64,000 nucleotides of DNA from Sminthopsis crassicaudata (Eukaryota). Numbering within the stretch: position 1 is the stretch's first letter; the number at the start of each line of letters is the position of its first letter. Below, piece by piece: positions 1 through 11,001 of the stretch. The DNA is taken from the NCBI RefSeq assembly GCF_048593235.1, contig NC_133617.1:669332958-669396957 (forward strand), in the 5' to 3' direction. The position numbers and the translations under genes were made by a program. The notes under the pieces are model-generated. The model was given only the letters and a program-made list of their open reading frames with translations. It was not told the origin of the DNA and did no database searches.

Positions 1-907
1 ACGTTAGAATCACTATTGATTCTTCATTCTCCATTATTCTCACAGCCAATTAGTTTTTACTAAATCTTGTCCTTTCGGCACTTTTTTTTTTTTCCCCCGG
101 CACTTTTTTACTGGCAATCTATCTTCTTCTTCACTCAAGGGAGCTTGGGAACATGTCATTCTGATATAGAAACTGACAAGCTATCTCATCCTAGCTCCCC
201 AGTACTTCCATTGCTCCATGGGGATGAAAGGAACAAAGGATGGGGATGTAGGATTCACCCTAGTCCAAGTTCTCACTGCTTCTCTGGACAATTGCAATAA
301 GCCTCCGAAGTGAACTTTCTGCCATTCTCAGATTCATCCTTTACACAGCTGTCAAAGTATCCTGTGGCACATGTCTGACCACATCACTGGTCAAGAATTG
401 TTCATGGCTCAGGCTCCTTGAAAAGCCCAACTCTCCAGCCTGGGACATAATGCTCTCATATTGCCCGTTTCTCCCATATAACAGCGCCCCCCCCCACCTT
501 GTTCTACATATATTTTCTGCTTCTGTTCTTAATCTTTGCCCAAAATACTTCCCTCTTTCCAAATCTTACATGTCCTTTAAAGTCCAAATGAGAAGCGGCA
601 CAGGATAATGCAAAGCATAAGGAGAGCTGGATGGCTCAGTTGACAGAGATCAGGAAGATCAGACACATACCAGCTGTGTGATCCTGGACAAGTCACTTAG
701 CCTCTGCCTTAATCCTCTGGAGAATTTACATGCTATGGTCCCAAGGATTACAAAGAGCTAGCACAACTGAATAACAACCAGCAATGATGGAGGCTAACAG
801 GTGGAGCAGTGGGTAGAGCACTGGCCTACAGTCAGGAGTTCCTGGGTTCAAATTCAGCCTCAGACACTTGGCACTAGTTGTGTGACCCCGACAACTCTTT
901 CCCCCGC

Positions 908-1038
908 CCTGAGGCTGGGGTTAAGTGACTTGCCCAGGGTCACACAGCTAGGAAGTGTTGTGTCTGAGACCAGATTTGAATTCAGATCCTCCTGAATTCA
1001 AAGCTGGTGCTCTATCCACTGCACCACCTACCTGCCCC
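908..1038 (-). mobile_element. Marsupial CORE-SINE (WSINE1-like)
   Basis: tRNA-derived head plus core GTGTGACCCTGGGCAAGTCACTTAACCCCAGCCTCA; near-identical copies elsewhere. Confidence 0.85.
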
Positions 1039-1513
1039 CCAGACAACTCATTTAACACTGACTGCCTCACCCTCCAAAAAAACCCCACCAAAATCTCACT
1101 ACCATGGCAAGAGTCAGAGTTCCTGGATGAAATCCCAGCTCTAAAACCTGAGTCACTTTGGGTAAGTCAGTCCACCTCACTGGTCTCAGTTTCTTCATAA
1201 ACAAAATGAGAAAGTTCAACTAAAAGATGATGGGGGTCCTTTCTAGCCCTAGAGCCATGAGCTGATACCGAAGATAGGTCCTTGCCTCCGGTGAACAAGG
1301 CTGCAGCAGAAGCTCCTTCCTTCAATCTCTAGTCTGTTACTCTCAGTGGGAGGCCCCCCCAAAAAATGAGCTCTGTGAAGGTAGGATCCTGGCCTCCAAG
1401 CTCATTGTGCTGAGCCTAATACTGGGCACAGTAAAGCTCAGGAAAACCTTGGGAAGAGAAGAGATATGCTGGGAGCCCTCAGTTTTAGGAGGCAGGGGTC
1501 CCCAAAGTCTTAC

Positions 1514-1634
1514 TGAGTCTAGCAGGATGGTTCCCTCAGGGAGGTTTCGTGTACTTGTCACTCGCTGTAGTCTCAAGGTCACCATGTATCTGGTTCCAGG
1601 TTCAAAGCAGAAGGGTTTAGACAGGACCACAGCT
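1514..1634 (-). CDS. LAMB2L: Laminin beta-2-like exon 17 (AVVLSKPFCFEPGTRY...GTILLDS); gene continues beyond window start
   Basis: AG/GTAAGA flanks, 121 nt; no further laminin exon recognised in 1-1513. Confidence 0.93.
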
Positions 1635-1748
1635 CTGCAAGGAAAGAGGTATTAATGCAAGGCACTGGTGCCTGGGTTCACCCACCCCCTAGTATCTTCC
1701 ACACCTGCATCCCCTAATGTTCCAGACTCCCCTTGACTGAACTCATAC

Positions 1749-1870
1749 CTATGCCTGGGGGGTAAGGCCACCTGATAGAGCTGCTCTGAGGGCAACACAT
1801 TGGCACAACGGCTGCTGCTGGGCAGGGAGTAGGCTCGGACACTGACAAGGGCCTCCCAGTCCTCGGGGGC
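1749..1870 (-). CDS. LAMB2L: Laminin beta-2-like exon 16 (APEDWEALVSV...SSRCANVLPSEQ)
   Basis: AG/GTATGA flanks, 122 nt. Confidence 0.93.
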
Positions 1871-1958
1871 CTGGGAGTGTCAAAAGATCAAAAGTGAAAG
1901 CATTTTACTCCCTCCCCACCCCCCAGTCTCCCCATAAACCCATAGTCATAGGCCTGAC

Positions 1959-2117
1959 CTGAGCTTCATAACGCAGCACAATGTCATATTCCATGGCTCG
2001 TGGCACTGGAGGGGCCTGGAGCATGAGGCCAGCCCTGTTCTCCACCCTGGCAAATCCAGGTCCAGTCCAGGAGGAGCCAGGAGGGCCTTTGCCCCAAAGC
2101 CGGGGCTCCACAACAGC
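1959..2117 (-). CDS. LAMB2L: Laminin beta-2-like exon 15 (domain IV/LF: AVVEPRLW...SWTGPGFARV...MEYDIVLRYEAQ)
   Basis: AG/GT flanks, 159 nt, SWTGxGF and MEYDIVLRYE motifs. Confidence 0.95.
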
Positions 2118-2269
2118 CTAGGAATCAGAGAAAAATAATGTCTTCCTCTAAACTTTGAGGTCTTCAAGGGAAACCTGGCTCTGCTTCTTCCCTATCTCCC
2201 TGGCCTGGGAGATCCCTGAGGGTAGGGCCCAAGGCTGTTGTTTGCTCTTGCCCTGGGAAGCTCCTTCAC

Positions 2270-2419
2270 CTTGAATGGTTGGTGGCTGGGGCGGCCATGT
2301 CGAGTAATGCGGGGAGGGCAGAGGCTGCTGCGATGGCGCCGGAGCCGGGCTCTAAGCCTCTTCTGCACAGGTCCTGTTGTTGGCAGGCAGTCAGAAGGGG
2401 CATCGGGTAGAGGGGCTCC
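2270..2419 (-). CDS. LAMB2L: Laminin beta-2-like exon 14, extra 50-aa Arg-rich exon (GAPLPDAPSDC...KRLRARLRRHRSSLC...QPFK)
   Basis: TCCTTCAG acceptor, AAG|GTGAAG donor, 150 nt, phase 0/0, open frame. Confidence 0.7.
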
Positions 2420-2814
2420 CTGAAGGACAGCAGGCCACAAGGTCCATGTCTCCCCCTTTGGACGTGGGCTCCCAAAGTCACCTCCTTCTCCTTTGGTTAA
2501 CTATTAAAATGCCAAAATACCAACCCCCCCCCATTCTTCTCCTTTTCAAATTCTCCCTTGCTGTCGGCTCAGATTCTCAAAATCTTCATGCCAGTGGGGA
2601 CCCCCCCATATGCCATGAGCAGCCAGTGCTGCCACAGTTTCCTGACCAGTGGAGATCTAGCTCCCATTTGGAGACTGTCTGTGGTGAGCAGCTCACCATC
2701 TTCTTGGTAACTATTCTATTCAAGTTCCTCCCCTAGAAAATCCTCCCTGACTGCTCCAGTCTTTTGCCACCTCGCTCTTCTCCGAGTTCCAACATCTGGG
2801 GCCCACATACTCAC

Positions 2815-2971
2815 AGGCAGCCGGGGGTCGGAGGGTCTGAGCCTCTGCCCAAGCTCCGCCTCAGCTACAGCCTGGTCCAGGGCTGCACAGAAGTAACCAG
2901 ACTGGAGCTCAAGGCAGTCTCGGCCTTGCAAGTGGGGGCGACAAGGACAAAGGCCCTCCCCTGATGAGCAC
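2815..2971 (-). CDS. LAMB2L: Laminin beta-2-like exon 13 (CSSGEGLCPCRPHLQGRDC...DPRLP)
   Basis: AG/GTGAGT flanks, 157 nt. Confidence 0.92.
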
Positions 2972-3075
2972 CTGGTGGCACAGCAAGTGGAGGGGGATAA
3001 GGTGAACCTCTCTCTTCTGGCCCTGGCCCCGCCTGGGAGCCCCCCTTCCCCTAGCTTCCAGCATCTTGACCAAAC

Positions 3076-3155
3076 CTGTTGCTATAGGCGCCACCAAAAT
3101 CACAATCACAAGGCCGGCAACCAGTGAAGTCGCTGCTCAGTCCCCAGAATTCTGG
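3076..3155 (-). CDS. LAMB2L: Laminin beta-2-like exon 12 ([26 protein letters not shown])
   Basis: AG/GT flanks, 80 nt. Confidence 0.93.
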
Positions 3156-4533
3156 CTGCAGGGAGAGAGGAAGGAGAAAAATCACCGATTACATGGCTCC
3201 TATTCCTGAAGGAGCTAAAACTTACAAAGAGCTTTCTTCTCCAGGTAGATGATATCTGGCTATGATCATGCCCATTTTACAAACTGGGCCACTGTGGCTA
3301 AGAGGAGTGAAATGATTGGCTAAGGACACACCTAGATCTCCTGTCTCTAAAGCCTAGCATGTGCCACCAGGTATGCCACGCTGTCTCCTCTCTGGGAGCC
3401 ACAGAGCAAGGTCTGCAATCTCAAGTAGATGACCAGGGTCAGCAGTTACAGTGCCAAGGAGGGACAGAGGTTGATATTTTTTAAAATGTTGAAAAGTTTT
3501 CTAGATTTGTCCATAAAAAAGTTAATCTCTATTTAGAGCTGTAACTAGGGTAAGATAACCAGAGCTTTTCCCATGGTGCTGACATGGCAGGGGGCATATT
3601 TTTACTTTGTGACAGTGAAGAGATTACTATCCTTGTCATCACCACCTGCATTCCAGTCTCCTCATCTCTTAAATGAGGGGGTGGGACTCAAAGTGATTTC
3701 TAAAGCCTTCCTGGTTCAGTTTTAGGATCTCCTAATCAGGCCTGAGTTAATCCAGAGGTAGATTTGATGGTATCCAATGGTACCTTAGAGTTCATTTCCT
3801 TGAAATACTTGCTCTCCACATATCATTTTTCAACTTAATATATAGTGATATTTAAATTCAATTTTCCAAAAATAAGAGCTACATTGAAAATATTTTTAAA
3901 ATGATGATTGGGGAAATAAATTCATCTAGAAGCAGTGTGGTTTAACAGAAAAAACGCTGGACTTGGAAGCAAAAGATATGGTTTGCAATCTGGTTGCTCT
4001 CACAAACTAGCCATGTGACCCTGGGCAAATCCCTTTTCTGAGAGTGTTTCCTATTTTCTACAATAATTCACACTATCATATCCTGTGGCCACTTCAGCAG
4101 ACAAAATATCTCGGGGGAAAATAAAAGCTTATTTAGAACCTTAGAAATCACTGACTTAAAAAGACCCTCAAAGCACAGAACTAAGATCTGGAACAGAGAA
4201 ACAGAAAATGCCAGAGGGCCCAGGGGAATCGGTGGGTACAACCTTCTCCTTTTTATAGTTGGGAAAGCTGAGAACTGGAGGTAGATCAACTATACAGTAG
4301 AATAGCTTCATCTTTGTTGAATTTGCCAGAATAAACTAAAGGTATTACAAAAATAAATGTACCAAGGGTCAAAGATGTGGAGTAAGGGCACAGACTCTGG
4401 GCTTAAGTGTATTGGGGACAAGGATTAGAGCCTAGAGTTCAGTTCAAGTCAGGGTTCTAGGTTGGAGATTAGATTTCAGTAGTCAAGAGCAGACTGGAAG
4501 AAGAGAGTCTGAGAATCTGAGTTAAGAGCTCAC

Positions 4534-4646
4534 CAAACACTGGTCACAGTTCTGTCCAGTGACAAAACGTTTGCAATAGCAGTTACCACTGATGGAGTCA
4601 CAAGGAGTATCACCTGGGACTGTGCCCCGAGGATCACACCTGCAGG
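4534..4646 (-). CDS. LAMB2L: Laminin beta-2-like exon 11 ([37 protein letters not shown])
   Basis: AG/GTGAGC flanks, 113 nt. Confidence 0.95.
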
Positions 4647-5234
4647 CTAAAGAAGCAAAGATGGTGTCAAATGATGGAAAGGATGGTCTGGAGGGAAGAG
4701 GGAGAGATGGTCACAGAAGCTGATTTTGGGAACAGTCCTCAAGCTCAGAGAACTGGGCTTAAATTATAGTGTCCTGGGCTAGGATTCACAGAGTCCTAAG
4801 TTGGGGATCAGAGAGTTCCCAAAGCCAAAGGGTCATTTACACAGACAGCCTTTATGTGGCATCCAGCTAGTCATAGTGACTAGGTTTATAAGTTTGAAGG
4901 TACTAGGGATCAGGGGATTAAGAGGTCCTGGGGTCACGAGTCACAAAACCCTGGATTTAGAGACTACTCATATAGGATCCCTTGGGTCCAAATGGACTCA
5001 AGCCATAGAGACTGAGTATCTTGGATTGATAGATCTTGAAGTCTTGAGTTGTGTCAAGGGATTTAAGAGATATGGAAGTTGGGGCTTCCTAAAGCCAGGG
5101 TCACATTCTGGACCTCTCAGGTCAAGAGGTCACAAGATAGGCTTTGGGCTCCATGAAGTTCAGGCTCTAGCCATCAGATATCCAAAGTTAAGAGGCTTGG
5201 GATCCAAAGTCATGAAGTTTCTGGGATCACTCAC

Positions 5235-5414
5235 ACAAACAACCTTCAGGTAATGCTGGGCTCAGGCCATAATAACCAGGACGACAAGTGTCACAGCGAG
5301 GTCCCCACACGTGGGCTTTGCAGCGACACTGCCCAGAGAGGAGCCCTCGGACCTCATCTGTGTGTGTGTCACACAGACCCCCATCCAGGGTGCCTGAAGG
5401 ATCACAGTCACACG
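5235..5414 (-). CDS. LAMB2L: Laminin beta-2-like exon 10 (LE repeat: [14 protein letters not shown]...)
   Basis: AG/GTGAGT flanks, 180 nt. Confidence 0.95.
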
Positions 5415-5550
5415 CTGGGAACACAGAAGCAGAGTTGGAACAAGGGGTCAGAAATGACAGGTGAAGTCAAGAGGTGAGGATTGGAATGGGGTGGCAAATA
5501 CCAGGATTAGGTTCATGGCTGAGGGCAGGGCTCATCATCTAAGGACTTAC

Positions 5551-5739
5551 GTTTACAGGTGTATGGGGAGCGGGGGTCTTCTCGGGGGTCCCGATGGTAG
5601 AAGGGCCGGCAGATCTCACAATGCCTCCCAGCTGTGTGGTGCTGACATGCGTCACACACACCTCCACTCACGTTGCCCGAGGCCATAAAAACAGCCATGT
5701 CAAAGTGGCAACTCCTGGCATGCTGGTGGCATTCACACT
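5551..5739 (-). CDS. LAMB2L: Laminin beta-2-like exon 9 (LE repeat: [28 protein letters not shown]...)
   Basis: AG/GTAAGT flanks, 189 nt. Confidence 0.95.
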
Positions 5740-5829
5740 CTGGGGGAAAGAGAAGGGATGTGGTGGGTCAGAGATACCCAGAGCACAGCAAGGGCACGTG
5801 GGTTAGGGAAGGCAGTGAGCAGCACATAC

Positions 5830-5950
5830 CCCGGCAGGCATGAGCATTCCCAGGCTCGGCTGGGCGCCAGGGCTGGTCATGGAATAGGTCCTGGCAGCGC
5901 TCACAGTGGGGTCCAGCTGTCTGGTGCTGACAAACACAAAGCCCATGGAC
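5830..5950 (-). CDS. LAMB2L: Laminin beta-2-like exon 8 (LE repeat: [19 protein letters not shown]...)
   Basis: AG/GTATGT flanks, 121 nt. Confidence 0.95.
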
Positions 5951-6159
5951 CTACAAATGGCAGAGCTGGTAAGACTTTAGGAACACTGCCTCAGAGAGGC
6001 ACCCCCCCCAAGACCTGAAGGGGAGGGGAGGACCTCTGACCACCACAAGGACTCCAGACTCCGTCTTCCAGAAGCAATAGCCTTCTCCACAGCCACCCAC
6101 TAAAGGTGATTCCCCTCCTTTACTCCTGACACTCTCTGCCCTCAGAGACTTCCACTCAC

Positions 6160-6365
6160 CATGCCCTCCACACTTGGTGGGGCACCAGGGGCAGGCGCAC
6201 ACTCAGAGGCATGTCCATGGCAGAGGCAACTTCCTCGGACCACAAGCTCATACAAGGCGTAGTAGTAGTGAGGTCCGTGACGGTGGCCCCAGCCCCCTAG
6301 GGGCCCATCTCCCAGCGTGTGTAGTTTAGAGAAATTCACCCTCAGATTGGTAACTCGAAGCAGCT
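6160..6365 (-). CDS. LAMB2L: Laminin beta-2-like exon 7 ([19 protein letters not shown]...[14 protein letters not shown])
   Basis: AG/GTGAGT flanks, 206 nt; LN end and first LE Cys pattern. Confidence 0.95.
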
Positions 6366-7137
6366 CTGGGGAGAATGGGGTAGTAAAGGCAGGGAGGATG
6401 GAGACTTAAGGTTGGACAACCCCCTCTCAAGTATCCCTGTTTCCCCAATCCATCTTTCTCTCCAAGCCATCCTTCACACGTTTGCTAAAGTAATGCAGAA
6501 ATATGACTAGGTTATTGCCTTACTCAGAAACTTTCAAGTAACTACAGAATATCTGAGACCATTATCGTGTAAATGCAGCCTCCTGAACTCTAAATGCCTT
6601 AAGGTTCATAAATCACTTTAACACTCTACGAATATTAGCATTGCTATTTTATAGCTGAAGAGGCAACAATGTGGCTGATAGAGAACTGGCCAAGACAGCA
6701 GGGTTCCAGTCCTGTTTCGGACATCCTGGCTCATTCATTATAGTTGGAAAAGCCTGGGCAGATCCCTCAGTCCATCAGGGTTCTGGGACTCCCTGAAGCC
6801 CTTAGGCTGCATCTGGAGAGTGTCTTCAGCTGGGAGTACAGGACGAGAAAAAGAGGTTCAGAGAAGGCGAATCACTTGTCTTTGGCCACAGGCCTAATGA
6901 GAGGCAGTGCTAGCTAGTTCTTAGCCCGTTCAACGGACCTGGAGGCTTTCTTAGAATATGCTCTGATAAAGCCCAGCTCCTCACTAGAACAAACCAGGCT
7001 CAGTCTGGGCTCAAGTCCTTTGTTCTCCCTCTGGAATGCTTAGTTCCCCTGCTCCCTCCCCCAACCAAATCCCACACTTATTGATCATTCCAGAGGAAGC
7101 TTAACCCCTTAGCTAAAGAGACCAAGACAGACTCCCC

Positions 7138-7326
7138 TTCCTGAGTTCAAATCTGACCTCAGACACTTAATTGCTGTGTGATCCTGGGCAAATCACTTCA
7201 TCCTGTTTGCCTCAGTTTCCTCATCTGTAAAATGAGCTGGAGAAGGAAATGGCAAACAACTACAGTATCTCTGCTGAGAAAATTCTAAATCTGGTTGAGA
7301 AGAGTATGATGAGACTGAAAAAACAA
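7138..7326 (+). mobile_element. MAR1-like CORE-SINE
   Basis: CCTCAGTTTCCTCATCTGTAAAATGAGCTGGAGAAGGAAATGGCAAAC core and tail. Confidence 0.8.
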
Positions 7327-7988
7327 GTTAACAATTCTTACTATGTCCACAGCTGTGTGCTATCCCTCCCTAAGAAAATATTGGCAAAGATACTTGACCT
7401 GAATTGGGCTCCCACCTCTACCACTGATTAGCTCTGGGCTAATTGCTTTCTCTCCATTTTTCAGTTTCTTCCCTTATGAGATTTGAACTATATGGTCTCT
7501 AAGATCCTTTCTGAATCTACACACCTAATCTTCCCATGAAGATGCTATGTAACTTTATTTAGAAAGTGTGACTAGTTTTCCTAGAAACAATTACTTAACA
7601 TGTTCATGGAAGAAAAAAAAAATGAGGCCCCTTTAAGAAACACGCTATTTGCTATACCATTTCATTAAATGCCTTTGCTTTAGGGAAGAAAAAAAGGGGG
7701 AGAAAAAACCTGCTGTCAAAAACATTGTAAAATGCTAATGCCTGGAAGGAAGCATTGATAGAGGTAGAGCAGCCGAGAATGATTTGGTTGTCAAGGAAAC
7801 CTTTTTCTGACTAGAAGCCCCTGTCTTGCTTTGTGCTCCTCTCAGGGGGGTCACAGAGAGCATGGTGGTGCCTACACAGGATCTCAGCTTCCAGGGAGGA
7901 AATATCCCAGTGGATGTGTGGGTTGGGAGGAGTCTCAGGGTGAGGGGTTTCCGAGGTCCTCGGCCTGGCCATCTGAAAAGTCACTTAC

Positions 7989-8052
7989 CTTGGATCTCTG
8001 GACTATAGGGATCCTCCACAGGGATGGCTGGGTCCAGAACTTTAAAAATTAC
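7989..8052 (-). CDS. LAMB2L: Laminin beta-2-like exon 6 ([21 protein letters not shown])
   Basis: AG/GTAAGT flanks, 64 nt. Confidence 0.95.
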
Positions 8053-8156
8053 CTGAGATTGGGGAAGGAAATAAGACCTGAAGTGCTAACCACTGAAGTC
8101 CAGCCCTTGACAACCCCCATCCCCAGTCCTAAGCCTTCTCTACTTAAGGGACTGAC

Positions 8157-8345
8157 CTCACCCTGGCTTGATGGCTCAATGTTTGAGTAACGCTGATCAC
8201 AAACGAGATCACTGACTTTTCGGCCAGGTGTAAGTGGAATTCCAGGGAAGAGGCCGGAACAGTTGTGAGCAAAGTATCGGTAAACTCTCCAGGAACGACC
8301 CCCATCTGCTGAACGCTCAATGAGAAGACCAGCAGGTCGAAAAGT
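8157..8345 (-). CDS. LAMB2L: Laminin beta-2-like exon 5 ([19 protein letters not shown]...IEPSSQGE)
   Basis: AG/GT flanks, 189 nt, no stops. Confidence 0.95.
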
Positions 8346-8489
8346 CTAGGGAAAGGTGTGTCAGGGTGTACAGGATCAAAGTATTCATATGGCTAGATGT
8401 CACTAGGGAGTCAGAGGTTAGGAAGTAACTGGATTTAGAAGCAGAATCCCCCTGGTTAGGTCATCTGGAATGGGATCATTTGTGTTAAT

Positions 8490-8740
8490 GTGTGTTAATA
8501 GCTATCAACATTTTTACCGAATTTACTCTGTCAGGTATTGTGCAAAGTACTTGCTTTACATCTCATTTGATCTTCACAACAACCCAGGGAGGTAGGTACT
8601 ATTATTATCCCCATTTTATAAATGAGGAAACTTGAGGCAAACACAGGTTGGGTGACTTGCCCGAGGTCTCATAGCTAGTAAGAGTATGAAGCAGGATTCA
8701 AACTAAGGTTTTTCTAGCTGCAAACCATCCATCATGCTAT
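8490..8740 (-). mobile_element. MIR-like SINE
   Basis: ATTATCCCCATTTTATAAATGAGGAAACT core. Confidence 0.7.
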
Positions 8741-8828
8741 CCATTGCCCAACCCAGGGGTCAAGAATCATATGAGGAAAAAAATACAGTGGTATCAAAAA
8801 AAACGAAGGAGAGGTATGTGTTCAGTAC

Positions 8829-8902
8829 CTTGAAGGTCATGATAAGGTGGGTGAAGTAGAATTCGCCCTCCAAGTTCAGCTGGATACTGACATTCTCCAC
8901 GC
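8829..8902 (-). CDS. LAMB2L: Laminin beta-2-like exon 4 (VENVSIQLNLEGEFYFTHLIMTFK)
   Basis: AG/GT flanks, 74 nt, LN motif THLIMTFK. Confidence 0.95.
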
Positions 8903-9040
8903 CTTGAACCAATAAAGACCTGGTCAGAGCAACCCTGTTGTCCTCTAATATCCCAAACCTACCCCCTGGCTCACAAGTTTTCCATTCCTGACTTTCCCTC
9001 CCTTTTCCTTCCATTGCCATCCAAAGCCTTTCCCCCTCAC

Positions 9041-9155
9041 CACTCTCAGCTTGCCACCATGTTCTTTCCCCATCAGGTCCACTGAGAGAGATCACATTCT
9101 TGATTTGGTGGCCTCCTTGACCTCTTGAGTCACAGAAGAAGCATTTCTCAGAGTC
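9041..9155 (-). CDS. LAMB2L: Laminin beta-2-like exon 3 (DSEKCFFCDSR...WWQAESG)
   Basis: AG/GT flanks, 115 nt, phase 0 to 1. Confidence 0.93.
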
Positions 9156-9369
9156 CTGAGGGAGGAGGGGTGTCAGGGTCTAAACAGCCTCCCCTCAGAA
9201 AAGTCCCTAAGTTCATTTTCCCTCCCAAGAGAAACCCCTTGGGATCCCCTGTAGAAGCTTTGGACCCCCATTATCCTCAACGGTCCCTTAGGAAACTTTG
9301 GCCTTCTTCCCTCTGCCAGACCTTATTCTCAAAGGCTCCAGAAGCAGAAAGGCCTGGCCCAATACACAC

Positions 9370-9551
9370 CTGCAAGTGGCTGACAATGCAGTAGGGTTCA
9401 GGTCCCCTCAAACCACAGGTGGATGAGGCATGGAGACTCTGGCTCCTGCCCACAACTAGATTGCCAGTGGGAGGATAACAGCTCCCTCCAGAGCAGCCAG
9501 GTGGGGGCAGAAGATCAGGTATTTCATGGGCACAGGCAGAAGGTATCTGTA
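9370..9551 (-). CDS. LAMB2L: Laminin beta-2-like exon 2 (LN domain start: [18 protein letters not shown]...CIVSHLQ)
   Basis: TTCTCAG acceptor, CAG|GTGTGT donor, 182 nt, laminin beta LN signature. Confidence 0.93.
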
Positions 9552-9685
9552 CTGAGAACCAGAGAAAAGGCAAGACCCTGAAAAACTTCCCACCCTTTTC
9601 AAGGACTACCCCCACCAAGGAATACACCCCCACCTAAGGTACAAAAAGCCCCCCCCATTCCTGCCTCATTGGCCACCCCCTTTAC

Positions 9686-9725
9686 TTAGCAGCAGTAGCA
9701 GCAGCACAATGAAGCCGTGGCCCAC
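9686..9725 (-). CDS. LAMB2L: Laminin beta-2-like exon 1, signal peptide (V/M)GHGFIVLLLLLL; start provisional (GTG)
   Basis: Leu-run hydrophobic core; donor A|GTAAAG in phase 1 joins exon 2 in frame; no in-frame ATG in the exon. Confidence 0.65.
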
Positions 9726-9928
9726 TTGGCTTGTGGCTGAGGGATGGGGAGCAGTGGTTATCCAGTACCGAAGGCTCAGGCTATCTGCTCCCTGGCTGGG
9801 CCTGGGAGGTGGGGGATGGGGAAGAGGTTGTGAGAGGCTTGCCTAGGCTAGGAGGTAAGGGGGACGACTCTACCTCCATCAGTTCCCCTTCCAGTCCTTC
9901 CTTCCCCAGATATCGCCTCCCCTCCCCA

Positions 9929-9937
9929 TCTTATAAT
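9929..9937 (-). promoter_or_regulatory. Candidate TATA box (TTATAAGA) of the laminin beta-2-like gene
   Basis: Only TATA-like motif ~200 nt upstream of the signal-peptide exon. Confidence 0.35.
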
Positions 9938-10995
9938 CTATCATGGAGGAGTAGAGAAAGCAGAGAACATGAGAGGTGGGGTGAGACAAGACTTATCCCT
10001 GGACCAGACTCTTCACCCCCCCCACCCAGGACCGGCAATTCAGACTCCGCACTTCTGGAGTCCAGCACAGATGGAGATGAGTCCTGGGGTGGGAATGGGG
10101 AGAAAAATCCTTTCACCCTCCTCTAATCTGGAACTGAGATGGGGGATTCCCCAGTGCTAGCCTCCTCACCCCCATAAAACCCTTCATCATACTCACATTT
10201 TGGGGCCCAGCATTGTCAGATCCTGGAGGGGTATGTTTGTATGTTCGGAGGTTAAGGCTGCAGAGACTTACGACTAGCTGTTTGGGGCAGGTGCTGGAGG
10301 CTTCTCCCAGACTGCCACTCCCCATCACCCCGCCCTAGCTCTTTGGGTTGAAAGGAGCAAATTCTCATTCAAATGAACCCCCTCCCCATCCAGCTCAGAA
10401 AAGCAGCGTCTCTAGGCACCTCAGGGGAATGTCATTCAGAGCTCGGGGCCCAGGGGAGGGGAGAGAAGCTGAGCTGTGAGAGGTCTGGGGCCAGGGAAGG
10501 GGATGGGAGCCAGGGAAAATTCTTAAACTGCCTCGGAAAAGCCTGGTGTCCTGGTGAAGATTGGGGGGAGCAGGGTCAGAAAAATGGAGGAGGTAGGGCC
10601 AGAGTATTCCTGCCTTAGACTGGCTCGGACTTCTCCCTACTTCACATTCCCAAGAGTTCCTGGGCACACTGGCCCCTGTGGCTCAATCTATGAGGCCCAC
10701 TTCCTCCCTTCTCTGGCGTTCCTATCTCCATTAGGCTAGCCCTTGGGCATTACCTGCCATTCCTCTAGGGAGAAAGAGAAAAGGGGGCTCCCATCTTTCT
10801 TCTAAAACCTTCTAGCCTTACGCTGCTGTCTCTGAGGATGAACTAGAGGGAAGGGGATATTCCTAAACTTTCCACTTCTGCCTTCTCACTTCCCATTCCC
10901 AGTCCGTTCCCCACTCCCTGCCCCCCAAACCCTTCCAATTCCAGTTCCTCTCTGGGAAAAAATACTCAGACACAGAAGCAGAGGATGAAGCACCA

Positions 10996-11001
10996 TTTAC
11001 T
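10996..11001 (-). terminator. Candidate variant polyadenylation signal AGTAAA of CCDC71
   Basis: Followed on the minus strand by a GU/U-rich tract (~10955-10975); no AATAAA noticed between it and the stop codon. Confidence 0.35.

Noticed and set aside
815-1038. tRNA-like A/B boxes
   Set aside because: SINE heads, not tRNA genes; no cloverleaf. No rRNA, tRNA or CRISPR features were found in the window
1-1513. Search for laminin exon 18
   Set aside because: No LVLLP...-type segment with splice sites found; it presumably lies beyond the window start
4801-5253. 150-aa plus-strand ORF
   Set aside because: TTG start, antisense within a laminin intron, no motif
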